From positions 38,023 to 102,022 of the forward strand of contig JBDTWD010000003.1 in assembly GCA_040006915.1 (NCBI GenBank): 64,000 nucleotides of DNA, in the 5' to 3' direction. Positions 56,281 to 64,000 of the stretch are shown here, in pieces (the first letter of the stretch is position 1; every line of letters starts with the position of its first letter). Position numbers and translations under genes: made by a program. The notes under the pieces were generated by a model. That model was not told the DNA's origin, did not search any database, and saw only the letters and a list, made by a program, of their open reading frames with translations. The DNA is from Candidatus Woesebacteria bacterium. GTDB lineage: Bacteria; Patescibacteriota; Microgenomatia; UBA1400; UBA12028.

Positions 56281-57030
56281 TTACGAAAATTTCTCATGAT
56301 GCACCTTGTTTGGATCTATTCCCCGGACGGCAAGTGTTTTCATGACATCTTCAATCATGTGTGGATTTCCACAAATGTAGTAATGTGCATTCTCCGGCAT
56401 GGTATGAACGGAAAGACAATCAGTTACTCGTCCACGACACATAGTCCATTCATCGGGAGCCTGTGACAGGACTAAGTGATACATAAAATTTGGGAAATTG
56501 TCATGTAATTCCTCTAGTTCTTGTAGCCAAAATAATTCATCCGCATGCCGCATTCCCCAGTAAAGCCAAATGGGCCGCTTGGTTTCTTTAGTACGTAATT
56601 GATCAAGCGCCATACTGCGTAGGGGAGCAACTCCTGATCCGGTTCCAATTAAAACCAGAGGATCCTGACTACTTTCGACTTCTGGTTTGATGGTAAATTC
56701 CCCTGCTGGTGCGTAAAAATCCACTTCGGTTCCGGGATTAATACTATTTAAATATCCAGAAGCCACTCCATTGGGAATTATTTCAACCAATAATTCTATA
56801 GCGTGATCTAGTCTCGGAGCTGAGACAATAGAATACTGACGTTTTTGTGGGGTACTTGGAGTGTTTAAAAGGATGTATTGCCCTGCTTCAAAGACTATTT
56901 TGTTTGGTTCAAACAACTCAAGTTTTATGAACATGAATTTTCCACCAACGATTGTTTTTTCTGAGAGTTTGGCTTTATGAAGTTGGACAGGCATGAGCCA
57001 TAGTATACGGCAGAGATATTGAGTTGTCAC
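56281..57030 (-). CDS. ferredoxin-NADP+ reductase-like FAD/NAD(P) oxidoreductase
   Basis: RQYSIVS (RxYS FAD motif) and GTGSGVAP (NAD(P) motif). Confidence 0.7.
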   Translation of the reverse strand: MTTQYLCRILWLMPVQLHKAKLSEKTIVGGKFMFIKLELFEPNKIVFEAGQYILLNTPSTPQKRQYSIVSAPRLDHAIELLVEIIPNGVASGYLNSINPGTEVDFYAPAGEFTIKPEVESSQDPLVLIGTGSGVAPLRSMALDQLRTKETKRPIWLYWGMRHADELFWLQELEELHDNFPNFMYHLVLSQAPDEWTMCRGRVTDCLSVHTMPENAHYYICGNPHMIEDVMKTLAVRGIDPNKVHHEKFS

Positions 57031-57096
57031 TGAAAAAACTGATATATACTACAAAAGAGCAAATTGCAGAAGGAGAAAAAGACAAAGTGAGATTTT

Positions 57097-57645
57097 TTAT
57101 AAATTGTCTCGCCAGTTCCGGCCAAACCACAGGCCGATCGTCAGTCTAGCAATCGAAGCATATTCTTCAGTGCGATTAAAAAAATTCTCTGTCACAATCC
57201 CGATCATTCCACCTTTCTTTTTCGTATCAGTTTCATTCACTAAACTATCCATCACTGGACCCATTTCTTCACCCGCTAGAATACGAGAGGCAATCTCATC
57301 ATCAAGAATGAAACGAGCTCCAGAGGAAGAATAAAAAACTCCATTTTTGTCGACCACGCTACACCAGACTACGTTCATCAATCCATCTTCTGTTTCATCA
57401 ACTCCACCTTCAAGTCCAACTCCTAAAATTTCCGCATCATTGCCGATTTTTTCCTGCATCGCCAGTAGTGCTGAGTAAGCTCTATTGCGGGAACCCACGT
57501 ACGTCTCGTGGTCACTACGAGGCTGTACTCCAACCCCACTATCAGTCTCAAAACCCTCAACGACTGCATCTGGCCAAGTTTCTTCGACTCCAGATTGCAC
57601 AGCATTTACTTTGACGACATTGGTGGAACCGACAGCAAGATACAT
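57097..57645 (-). CDS. non-canonical purine NTP phosphatase (YjjX family ITPase/XTPase). Start MYLAVGSTNVVK; the track ORF extends to 57741.
   Basis: VGSTNVVKVNAV, ...SGVGVQP...ETYVGSRNRA..., ...GEEMGPVMD...GGMIGIVT... align with YjjX as recalled. Confidence 0.6.
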   Translation of the reverse strand: MYLAVGSTNVVKVNAVQSGVEETWPDAVVEGFETDSGVGVQPRSDHETYVGSRNRAYSALLAMQEKIGNDAEILGVGLEGGVDETEDGLMNVVWCSVVDKNGVFYSSSGARFILDDEIASRILAGEEMGPVMDSLVNETDTKKKGGMIGIVTENFFNRTEEYASIARLTIGLWFGRNWRDNL

Positions 57646-57858
57646 AAGACAGGTAGTATATCGCAAAGCAAGGGTTGACGCACCTCCCATCCAGAGGGAA
57701 AATAGAGATAGGCAATTTCGCTCCGGCGAAGCTACCGCCACCGTCCAATTCCTATTTATTGGATAGTCGTATTTATTTTATTTGGAGCGTTTTCTTTACA
57801 TCAAAGCCTCTTCACCTTTATACAGTGGGGTGTTTTTTGTGTGGGGAAATGAAAGAAC

Positions 57859-58074
57859 ATGACTGAATCTTGCAGATATTTCATTGATTTATCAAAACTA
57901 AATGGGGAAAAAGAAAAAGTACAAGACTGTGTGATTGCTGCTGTTTCTCAACCAAATCAAGAGGTCAGAGATAACAAAATCTTTTTTTCCTGTAAAGAAG
58001 GATCACTTGCCTACTTACAGTTTATGCTTTCAGAGATATGGGCAAATATAGACATTTCTCCCGTGCAGGAGTAA
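57859..58074 (+). CDS. small hypothetical protein (71 aa)
   Basis: ORF only. Overlaps the sufU 3' end in antisense. Confidence 0.2.
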   Translation: MTESCRYFIDLSKLNGEKEKVQDCVIAAVSQPNQEVRDNKIFFSCKEGSLAYLQFMLSEIWANIDISPVQE

Positions 58075-58387
58075 TTGACTCTATCCCAGTTAATTCCTGA
58101 ATTTGCTTTTGATCAAATCCATGGAGCTGTTCTGTTGTCTTTCCAATCGCCCATTCACAAAACAGGTCGGTGGATGCTGTACTAATTGCACACCCTTCCC
58201 CTCTCCATTTAGCGTCAACAACAATGTTGTCTTTGCGAAGCAACGTCACTTCAAACTTATCACCACAACTGACATTGTGTGCTTGTTTGATATCAAGGCT
58301 ATAGTTTTCAGGCACCACTTCAATCCATCCCGAAAAAAGTGGGTGTTTGTAACGATCCAGAATTGAGTCCAAATAGAGATCATCCAT
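58022..58387 (-). CDS. sufU: SufU/IscU-like Fe-S cluster scaffold
   Basis: HNVSCGDKF...GEGCAISTAS...C three-Cys NifU-N pattern. Confidence 0.8.
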   Translation of the reverse strand: MDDLYLDSILDRYKHPLFSGWIEVVPENYSLDIKQAHNVSCGDKFEVTLLRKDNIVVDAKWRGEGCAISTASTDLFCEWAIGKTTEQLHGFDQKQIQELTGIESITPAREKCLYLPISLKA

Positions 58388-59606
58388 GGAAGACCTTTTT
58401 TACTTTTTCTAGAGCCACTACCAACGTATCAATATCTGCTTTAGTGGTATAAACATTAAAACTCACTCTCGTCGTGGCGACCCAATGCATTGCGTGATGC
58501 AATGGCATTGTGCAGTGATGACCTGACCTGACCGCAATTCCTTCACTATCTAGAATTTGAGCCACATCATGAGAATGAATACCTTTGTACAGGAAACTCA
58601 CAGAGCCGGAACGGTTTTTCATTGGCCCGACAACCGTAATTTCTGGAATCGCCGTTAATTTATCAAGCGTATAGCGTATGAGTTCCTCATCATGAGTAAA
58701 GACATCATTCATATGGAGTGCTGAAAGGTACTGACAGGCAGCTGCCCATCCAACCGCTCCCGCAACATCTGGAGTTCCTGCCGTAAACTTATCTTCCAAA
58801 TCTTCTGAAAATGTTGCACTTCCTTCTTCAACTTCATCAATCATTCCCCCACCAAATAACCACGGTTTCATGGTTTTTAAAATTTCTTTCTTTACAAATA
58901 AACCACCGACTCCCATGGGACCAAGCATTTTATGGGCAGAGACCGCGTAAAAATCAACTCCAAGAGCATGGAAATTGACAGACATATGTGGAGCAGCTTG
59001 CGCTCCGTCAACAACAATAAACGGAAGCTTTTTAAAGAGATTTTTTATCTTTGAAATTGGATTTACAGTACCCAAGGTATTTGAGACATGGGCCAGGGCC
59101 AAAATTTTTATGTTGTCCCCTTCCCTTCTTATCTTTTCTTCGAGCCAATCAAGATCCAACATTCCTTCTTCGGTCACCGGTATCAACCCTAACGTCGCTT
59201 TTGTCCGCTTAGCTAACTCCTGCCAAGGAACCAAATTGCTATGATGCTCCATCTGGGTCGCCAAAATCAGATCCCCCTGCCCTATTTTCTCTTCGAGATT
59301 GTAGGCTACAAGATTTAACGCTTCAGTGGTATTTCTCACCATGATCAGTTCTTCAGGCTCAGCACCAAAGAAAGTGGCAATCGTGCTTCTTGAGTCATGC
59401 CAAGCTCGAGTGGATTTATCTCCCAAGTAATGAATGCCGCGATGGACATTGGCATTACTGGTCTTGTAGTAATTGGAAATGGCGTCGATGACAACTTCAG
59501 GCTTTTGACTAGTCGCGGCACTATCCAAATACACCAAAGGTTTCCCTGACGAATGGGAGATAGAAAGAATTGGAAAGCCCTTACGGACTTCTTGAGGGTC
59601 AAACAT
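58380..59606 (-). CDS. sufS: cysteine desulfurase SufS (class V aminotransferase)
   Basis: PLP region SAHKMLGPMGVGGLFV and catalytic Cys loop (…GHHCTMP…). Confidence 0.9.
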   Translation of the reverse strand: MFDPQEVRKGFPILSISHSSGKPLVYLDSAATSQKPEVVIDAISNYYKTSNANVHRGIHYLGDKSTRAWHDSRSTIATFFGAEPEELIMVRNTTEALNLVAYNLEEKIGQGDLILATQMEHHSNLVPWQELAKRTKATLGLIPVTEEGMLDLDWLEEKIRREGDNIKILALAHVSNTLGTVNPISKIKNLFKKLPFIVVDGAQAAPHMSVNFHALGVDFYAVSAHKMLGPMGVGGLFVKKEILKTMKPWLFGGGMIDEVEEGSATFSEDLEDKFTAGTPDVAGAVGWAAACQYLSALHMNDVFTHDEELIRYTLDKLTAIPEITVVGPMKNRSGSVSFLYKGIHSHDVAQILDSEGIAVRSGHHCTMPLHHAMHWVATTRVSFNVYTTKADIDTLVVALEKVKKVFHG

Positions 59607-59707
59607 TATGTATATTGTACCAGGACTAGAAACTACAATAGTTATGGGATATAATATCCTCTTCGTTCGAGGCCATATGACAATGCGTCAGACTGGCTAC
59701 GAAAGGA

Positions 59708-60016
59708 TTGGTAATGAACGATCAGAAAATGCTCCAACTCGTTCAGCAGGCCCGTCCCGGTATCTACGGAAAAATTTTTGCTTTACAGCAGAAATTCCCG
59801 CAGATTAATCCCGATCTAAAAGCAGTCGCCGTGAAAGCAATCCAACTGGACTATCTTTTCGCGGTTGCGGAAGAAATCGGGTTAGATGGACTTGTAATCG
59901 AGAATCTCTTGATAGATGGTTCAAAGACTCGCTGGAAATACGATGTTGAGCAGAATGTTTTCTTACGTCAAGGAAGAGCATGCGATCCAGTATGCTTTGT
60001 CCCTAAGAACCAATAA
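59708..60016 (+). CDS. hypothetical protein (102 aa)
   Basis: ORF followed by a strong intrinsic terminator. Confidence 0.35.
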   Translation: MVMNDQKMLQLVQQARPGIYGKIFALQQKFPQINPDLKAVAVKAIQLDYLFAVAEEIGLDGLVIENLLIDGSKTRWKYDVEQNVFLRQGRACDPVCFVPKNQ

Positions 60017-60021
60017 ACAAT

Positions 60022-60054
60022 GGGGAGTGCCGTGCAGCACTCCCCTTTTTCTTT
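60022..60054 (+). terminator. Rho-independent terminator
   Basis: Perfect 9-bp stem GGGGAGTGC-CGTGCA-GCACTCCCC followed by TTTTTCTTTT. Confidence 0.75.
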
Positions 60055-60116
60055 TATAAGAATAATTCCTCATTTCCTAGCACTGCTCAAGAAATGACTT
60101 ATAATACAAAAACTCT

Positions 60117-60626
60117 ATGGAGCACATTAGATTTAAAACCGAGGCAGCTAAAATTTTCGCGCAGGCTGGTGGTAAATATGCCACATCTGTTACTGCACAA
60201 GCAGCATTCATTGCACTAAGTTTCGAATCTAATAAAAGAAAAATCCAAAAGGCCAAGAAAGAGATTCTGTCATGTACAGAAGACATTGAATCAGTTCTTG
60301 TACTCGCTAATCTTAGACATCAATCTCTACCTCCTGAGAGAAGACCAACAATCAGTACAAAAAGAGTAAGAGATGTTGCCGCAGACACTTTTTCTTTTGC
60401 TAAACAAGTCGCTATTCTTTTAGAGTCTGATCTTAAAAATATTCTCCAGGAAGGATTCCCTGCACAGATAGAAAAGAATAGATTTAATTCTTCTTTTCTG
60501 AGTTTGGGAGAAATAGACTTTCGTCACAAAGTTACTCGTATGATTCATCGACGACAAACAGAGTTATTTTTGTGGGGAGTACCATGGCAGATACATCTTC
60601 TTCTTGAGAAAAAGAATCGCGAATAG
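60117..60626 (+). CDS. hypothetical protein (169 aa)
   Basis: ORF only. Lies between suf genes on the opposite strand. Confidence 0.4.
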   Translation: MEHIRFKTEAAKIFAQAGGKYATSVTAQAAFIALSFESNKRKIQKAKKEILSCTEDIESVLVLANLRHQSLPPERRPTISTKRVRDVAADTFSFAKQVAILLESDLKNILQEGFPAQIEKNRFNSSFLSLGEIDFRHKVTRMIHRRQTELFLWGVPWQIHLLLEKKNRE

Positions 60627-60630
60627 CATT

Positions 60631-61116
60631 CTATTCTAGAAACCCTTCCACAATCATATCTTCAGCAAGTTTCTGTGGGATTCCCCGGCTTTCTAGATAA
60701 AACAAATGTTCTTCAGGAATCCTTGAGATACTCGCAGCGTGAGAACATTTCACATCATCAGTCTTGATTTCGAGTTCGGGAATGGCTTCAGCTTTGGCCT
60801 TGTCAGACAGTAATAAAATTCGTTCCTCTAAAAATGACTGGGTGTCTCCACAGTCTTCCTCGATAATGATCCGACCAAAAAACCGAATATGGCTCTTGTC
60901 TTCTGCTACTCCCTTGAGTATCGTTTTGGCTCGCGTGTGAGGAGCTTTATGCACAATCGTTAAGTTAATGTTTATGTCATCATCATTTTTTCCGTGAAAC
61001 ATTCCTACGATTGATATTTCATCTCCAGGATTAAGAATTTCGACTCGATAGTCACCTGATTTGGTCAAGGTAATGTTTTTCATATTAGCCAACTGACCCT
61101 TCCATCTCATGATCAA
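60631..61116 (-). CDS. sufD: SufD-like protein, short form (161 aa, C-terminal SufBD domain only). TTG/alternative start likely.
   Basis: ...ILLLSDKAKAEAIPELEIKTDDVKCSHAASISRIPEEHLFYLESRGIP matches the SufB/SufD C-terminal signature (LEI..DDVKCSHGAT). Confidence 0.7.
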   Translation of the reverse strand: MIMRWKGQLANMKNITLTKSGDYRVEILNPGDEISIVGMFHGKNDDDININLTIVHKAPHTRAKTILKGVAEDKSHIRFFGRIIIEEDCGDTQSFLEERILLLSDKAKAEAIPELEIKTDDVKCSHAASISRIPEEHLFYLESRGIPQKLAEDMIVEGFLE

Positions 61117-63697
61117 TCAATCGATTCATTTCAATTGCATACTCAAGTGGGAGCTTTTTCACAAGATCATTGACGAATCCATTCACAATCATTTTACGAC
61201 TATCTTCTTCCGTTACACCACGACTCATCAAATAAAATAGTTGCTCATCACCAATGCGACTCACTGTAGCTTCATGTTGGATCTCGACCTGATCATTCAT
61301 AATCCGATCAGTGGGATACGTGTCGGAACGTGATTTTCCATCCAAAAGCATGGCATCACACACCACCGTATTTTTACTATGATGCGCCTGGGGTGACACC
61401 ATCACCATTCCCCGGTAACTAGTACGTCCGCCATCTTTACTAATGGATTTAGAAATAATAGTTGAGCTCGTATATGGAGCTAAATGCATTGCTTTGCTTC
61501 CAGTATCTTGATGTTGCCCGGCTCCTGCTAAGGCCATTGATAATGTTTCTCCCTTGGCACCCTTTCCTACTAACAAGAAAGATGGATATTTCATGGTGAG
61601 TTTGGAACCCATGTTAAAGTCTGTCCATACCATTGTTGCTTCTTCCTCAACACGAGCACGTTTAGTGACCAAGTTATAGACATTTTTGTACCAATTCTGG
61701 ATAGTTGTGTACTGACATCTAGCTCCTTTTTTCACGAAAATCTCAACCACTGCAGAATGCAGTGATCCGGAGGAAAATGCCGGAGCGGTACAATTATGAA
61801 CGGCAACTCCCCCTGCTACATAGCTTTCGTCATCTCGAACACTAAAGTTATAGACTGGCAAATTTTTTACAGTTTTTCTTTCAATTGAACGAATAGGAAC
61901 GTACATATACTTTTCATCGATATGATAAAAAGTAGCTCGTTTTTTATTATGTAATCGGTCTTCTACTTTCTCTTCTGCAATTTTTGCAAAATCTGATAGG
62001 TACTGTCCGCCGATCACACACACATACATTGTCTTTCTCCCTTCATACGATCTGCTTTGCCAATTTAAGCTCGATGCGATGTTGAGACGCAAAAGTATTT
62101 GTCGTGCTTGTGAAGCAAGTGTTTTTGAGGTCGTACACAGACGAAATACTTCTTTTAATCCATGTTTATGAGTTTTTTTGTAATAGTTCCCATCACCTCT
62201 ATACCACCCTAACAGCAACTGCTTCTGTTTTTCTAAAGACTCTTTCATCATCCAAAGTGGAATTTTTTTTTCGTCACACTTTGTTCCGAACTGTTTAAAT
62301 AATCGACACAATCTTGTAGAAGAAACTACGACAGAAGTTCCGTGGTTCGTTTTATGTGTTTGCTCACTAATTCTGTTCTCGTCAAAAACAATCCTAATAA
62401 GCTTTTTTACATCATCAATATATTCTCTCTCATTACTGTTAAATGAAAAATTCAGATAATGTCCACTACTAATACTCCCCTCTGCCAGATAATATCCAAC
62501 TAACCGAAAGAAATCCTCTGTAGAAGGGATTGACACTTCTTCAAGAAAGGGGCCATGTCTTCCGGCACCACGTAATACTGGAAAACGAACAGTTTTGTTT
62601 TTGAAAATCTCTCTATCTATAGGAATACAAGCATAGTCGTATTTGGAAATATTTTTTGTTTCTGTCCATGAAGGAATCCATTTACTGTTTCTTTCATTTT
62701 TTCTCTGTCTCTTCACTATAAGAAAAGGATGCTCTTGTGTTGTCTCTATTTTCTCTTTTGGAGAACCAACAAGTTCTATCGTATAGAGGTCTCCAGAATA
62801 CGGCCGTACCTGCGTGTAATACACCTCTTTGTAACGTCCTTCATGTGTTAGAACTAAATCTCCCTTCTCAATTGACTCAATTGCCGCTTCACCCATATCG
62901 GTTTGAATGCGTGTCCCCGCAGTGAAACAGCCCTCCACGTAGTGAACACTCGCTCCTTCATCCACTATGATCAACGTGCGTTCAAATTGACCTGCATTTG
63001 GAGAATTAATACGAAAATACGCTTGGAGAGGCATCTTCACATCCAACCCCTTGGGTACATACACAAACGATCCCCCCGACCAAACAGCAGTATTGAGGGC
63101 CGCAAATTTATTATCTCCGGACGGAATATTTTTGCCAAAGTATTCTTTGATGAGATCAGGATATTGTTTTAGGCCCTCATCCATTGACAAAAAGATTACT
63201 CCTTGTTCCTCCCAGATGTTTTGCAGAGATCCATAGACCACTTCACTATCGTATTGGGCTTTCACACCAGCCAGAACATCTCGTTCTGCCTGAGGAATTC
63301 CCAACTTATCAAAAGTTGCTTTCACGTCAGCCGGAACATCATTCCAAGACTCAACAGACTTATCTGTCGGTTTTAAGTAGTAATGAATTTTATCGTAATC
63401 GATTTCCGACAATACTCCTCCCCAGGTTGGGGTTTGCATGCCTTCAAATATCTCCAAGGCTTTGAGACGGATCTCTAGCATCCACTCTGGTTCCTCTTTA
63501 ATGTGTGAGAGTTCTTCTACTACTCGTTTGGACAATCCAGGTTTAGAAATAAAACTATATTTGTCAGTTGGATACGAAAACCCTGCCGTATATGTCGAGT
63601 CGACTACGGAGTCATCAAACTGCGTCGTATGTTTGTTTGCAAATCTGGACATAATTATAAAACTGAAAGCAGTGTTTTCACTCTCGTTTCTTAGCAC
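61085..63697 (-). CDS. sufB: Fe-S cluster assembly protein SufB interrupted by an in-frame intein (870-aa precursor; ~491-aa mature SufB)
   Basis: N-extein ...LIIVDEGASVHYVEG | C-extein CTAPAFSSGSLHSAVVEI...VVCDAMLLDG...FYLMSRG. Host sequence is SufB-like at both ends. Confidence 0.9.
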   Translation of the reverse strand: MLRNESENTAFSFIIMSRFANKHTTQFDDSVVDSTYTAGFSYPTDKYSFISKPGLSKRVVEELSHIKEEPEWMLEIRLKALEIFEGMQTPTWGGVLSEIDYDKIHYYLKPTDKSVESWNDVPADVKATFDKLGIPQAERDVLAGVKAQYDSEVVYGSLQNIWEEQGVIFLSMDEGLKQYPDLIKEYFGKNIPSGDNKFAALNTAVWSGGSFVYVPKGLDVKMPLQAYFRINSPNAGQFERTLIIVDEGASVHYVEGCFTAGTRIQTDMGEAAIESIEKGDLVLTHEGRYKEVYYTQVRPYSGDLYTIELVGSPKEKIETTQEHPFLIVKRQRKNERNSKWIPSWTETKNISKYDYACIPIDREIFKNKTVRFPVLRGAGRHGPFLEEVSIPSTEDFFRLVGYYLAEGSISSGHYLNFSFNSNEREYIDDVKKLIRIVFDENRISEQTHKTNHGTSVVVSSTRLCRLFKQFGTKCDEKKIPLWMMKESLEKQKQLLLGWYRGDGNYYKKTHKHGLKEVFRLCTTSKTLASQARQILLRLNIASSLNWQSRSYEGRKTMYVCVIGGQYLSDFAKIAEEKVEDRLHNKKRATFYHIDEKYMYVPIRSIERKTVKNLPVYNFSVRDDESYVAGGVAVHNCTAPAFSSGSLHSAVVEIFVKKGARCQYTTIQNWYKNVYNLVTKRARVEEEATMVWTDFNMGSKLTMKYPSFLLVGKGAKGETLSMALAGAGQHQDTGSKAMHLAPYTSSTIISKSISKDGGRTSYRGMVMVSPQAHHSKNTVVCDAMLLDGKSRSDTYPTDRIMNDQVEIQHEATVSRIGDEQLFYLMSRGVTEEDSRKMIVNGFVNDLVKKLPLEYAIEMNRLIDHEMEGSVG
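61793..62929 (-). mobile_element. intein (~379 aa) with LAGLIDADG-type homing endonuclease domain inside sufB
   Basis: Begins CFTAGTRI (Cys1) after host ...YVEG. Ends ...GGVAVHN followed by +1 Cys of host CTAP. Internal LVGYYLAEGS and LLGWYRGDGN are LAGLIDADG-like blocks. Confidence 0.8.
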
Positions 63698-64000
63698 TTC
63701 TTAAGTCTGCAATAAGTTTATTCACTGATTGCTCATCTACTGCGTGCTGGCGGATCTTCTCTTCACTAATTCCTTCAAGTTCATTTATCCAACCTCTTAG
63801 TTCTTTTTCAAATAGATCAATTTGATTGGATGTAACACGTAAATTTCCAGCAGATAATAAACTACGAACCCATCCAATGTGATTCACAATCTGTTGCAAA
63901 GCGGCAAAACTCTTTGTTTCTCCTCGTTTATGAAGTTCCTTATGCCCTTCATTGAGTACTCTATTTTTGAGACTATCCGTAATCTCTAAAAATCTCTCCT
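63678..64000 (-). CDS. hypothetical protein, 3' part (ORF runs off the right window edge; upstream of sufB)
   Basis: Minus-strand frame stays open from 64000 to the stop at 63678: ...HKELHKRGETKSFAALQQIVNHIGWV.... No confident family. Confidence 0.3.
   Translation of the reverse strand, partial: ERFLEITDSLKNRVLNEGHKELHKRGETKSFAALQQIVNHIGWVRSLLSAGNLRVTSNQIDLFEKELRGWINELEGISEEKIRQHAVDEQSVNKLIADLRSAKKRE

Noticed and set aside
62095-62105. Apparent +1 frameshift in sufB when hand-counting nucleotides from the line labels
   Set aside because: The supplied ORF track shows one continuous 870-aa frame. My by-eye count across the line break disagreed by one base and is most likely my reading error. 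I did not call a pseudogene, and I flagged that sub-feature coordinates may be off by 1-2 nt.
1-64000. CRISPR arrays, transposases, integrases, prophage genes
   Set aside because: No direct-repeat/spacer periodicity was seen, and no DDE transposase, tyrosine/serine recombinase or phage structural motifs among the ORFs.

Overview
The window looks like a compact, low-GC (~40%) genome region with almost no intergenic space, consistent with a CPR/Patescibacteria-like bacterium. It contains an ATP-dependent DNA ligase, a PilN/PilO pilus module, many Cys-rich sortase-signal surface proteins and reduced metabolism. No CRISPR arrays, transposases or integrases were seen. About 75 genes were annotated by reading the supplied translations by eye; no similarity searches were possible. 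The 5' ~305 nt of a 16S rRNA gene lies at the left edge on the minus strand. The main housekeeping modules are listed below.
- hrcA-grpE-dnaK-x-x-dnaJ heat-shock operon with a CIRCE operator overlapping a TTGACA/TATTAT promoter.
- mnmA.
- A CsoR-like regulator-trxA-nudix-trxB redox operon.
- lgt, pth, recF, mutM, cdd, lepA, murJ, rpsT, hpt, maf.
- ahcY with an adjacent PfkB (adenosine) kinase, a ferredoxin and an FNR-like reductase.
- A YjjX-type ITPase.
- A SUF locus: sufB-sufD(short) ... sufS-sufU.
- One tRNA with anticodon UAU.
The best candidates for novel or undescribed biology are these.
1. A four-gene amidoligase-like cluster at 7.7-11.9 kb: two ATP-grasp enzymes, an HExxH/QEGLA-type DUF1704 peptidase-like protein and a 7TM membrane protein.
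2. A family of surface proteins built from a conserved ~35-aa 8-cysteine module, with Pro/Thr linkers and C-terminal LPxTG-like signal plus TM anchors. Members sit at three loci (5.7 kb, 37.7-40.7 kb, 51.1-51.9 kb). One locus is embedded in a pilN-pilO operon; another is flanked by two GT4 glycosyltransferases and a DsbA paralog.
3. A ~379-aa LAGLIDADG-type intein inside sufB.
4. A tRNA-adjacent ~2 kb stretch holding two orphan ORFs and ~750 bp of noncoding DNA.
5. An orphan VirD4/TraG-like coupling ATPase.
Coordinates of sub-features computed from the ORF track may be off by 1-2 nt. In one place near 62.1 kb, label-based nucleotide counting disagreed with the ORF track by one base.
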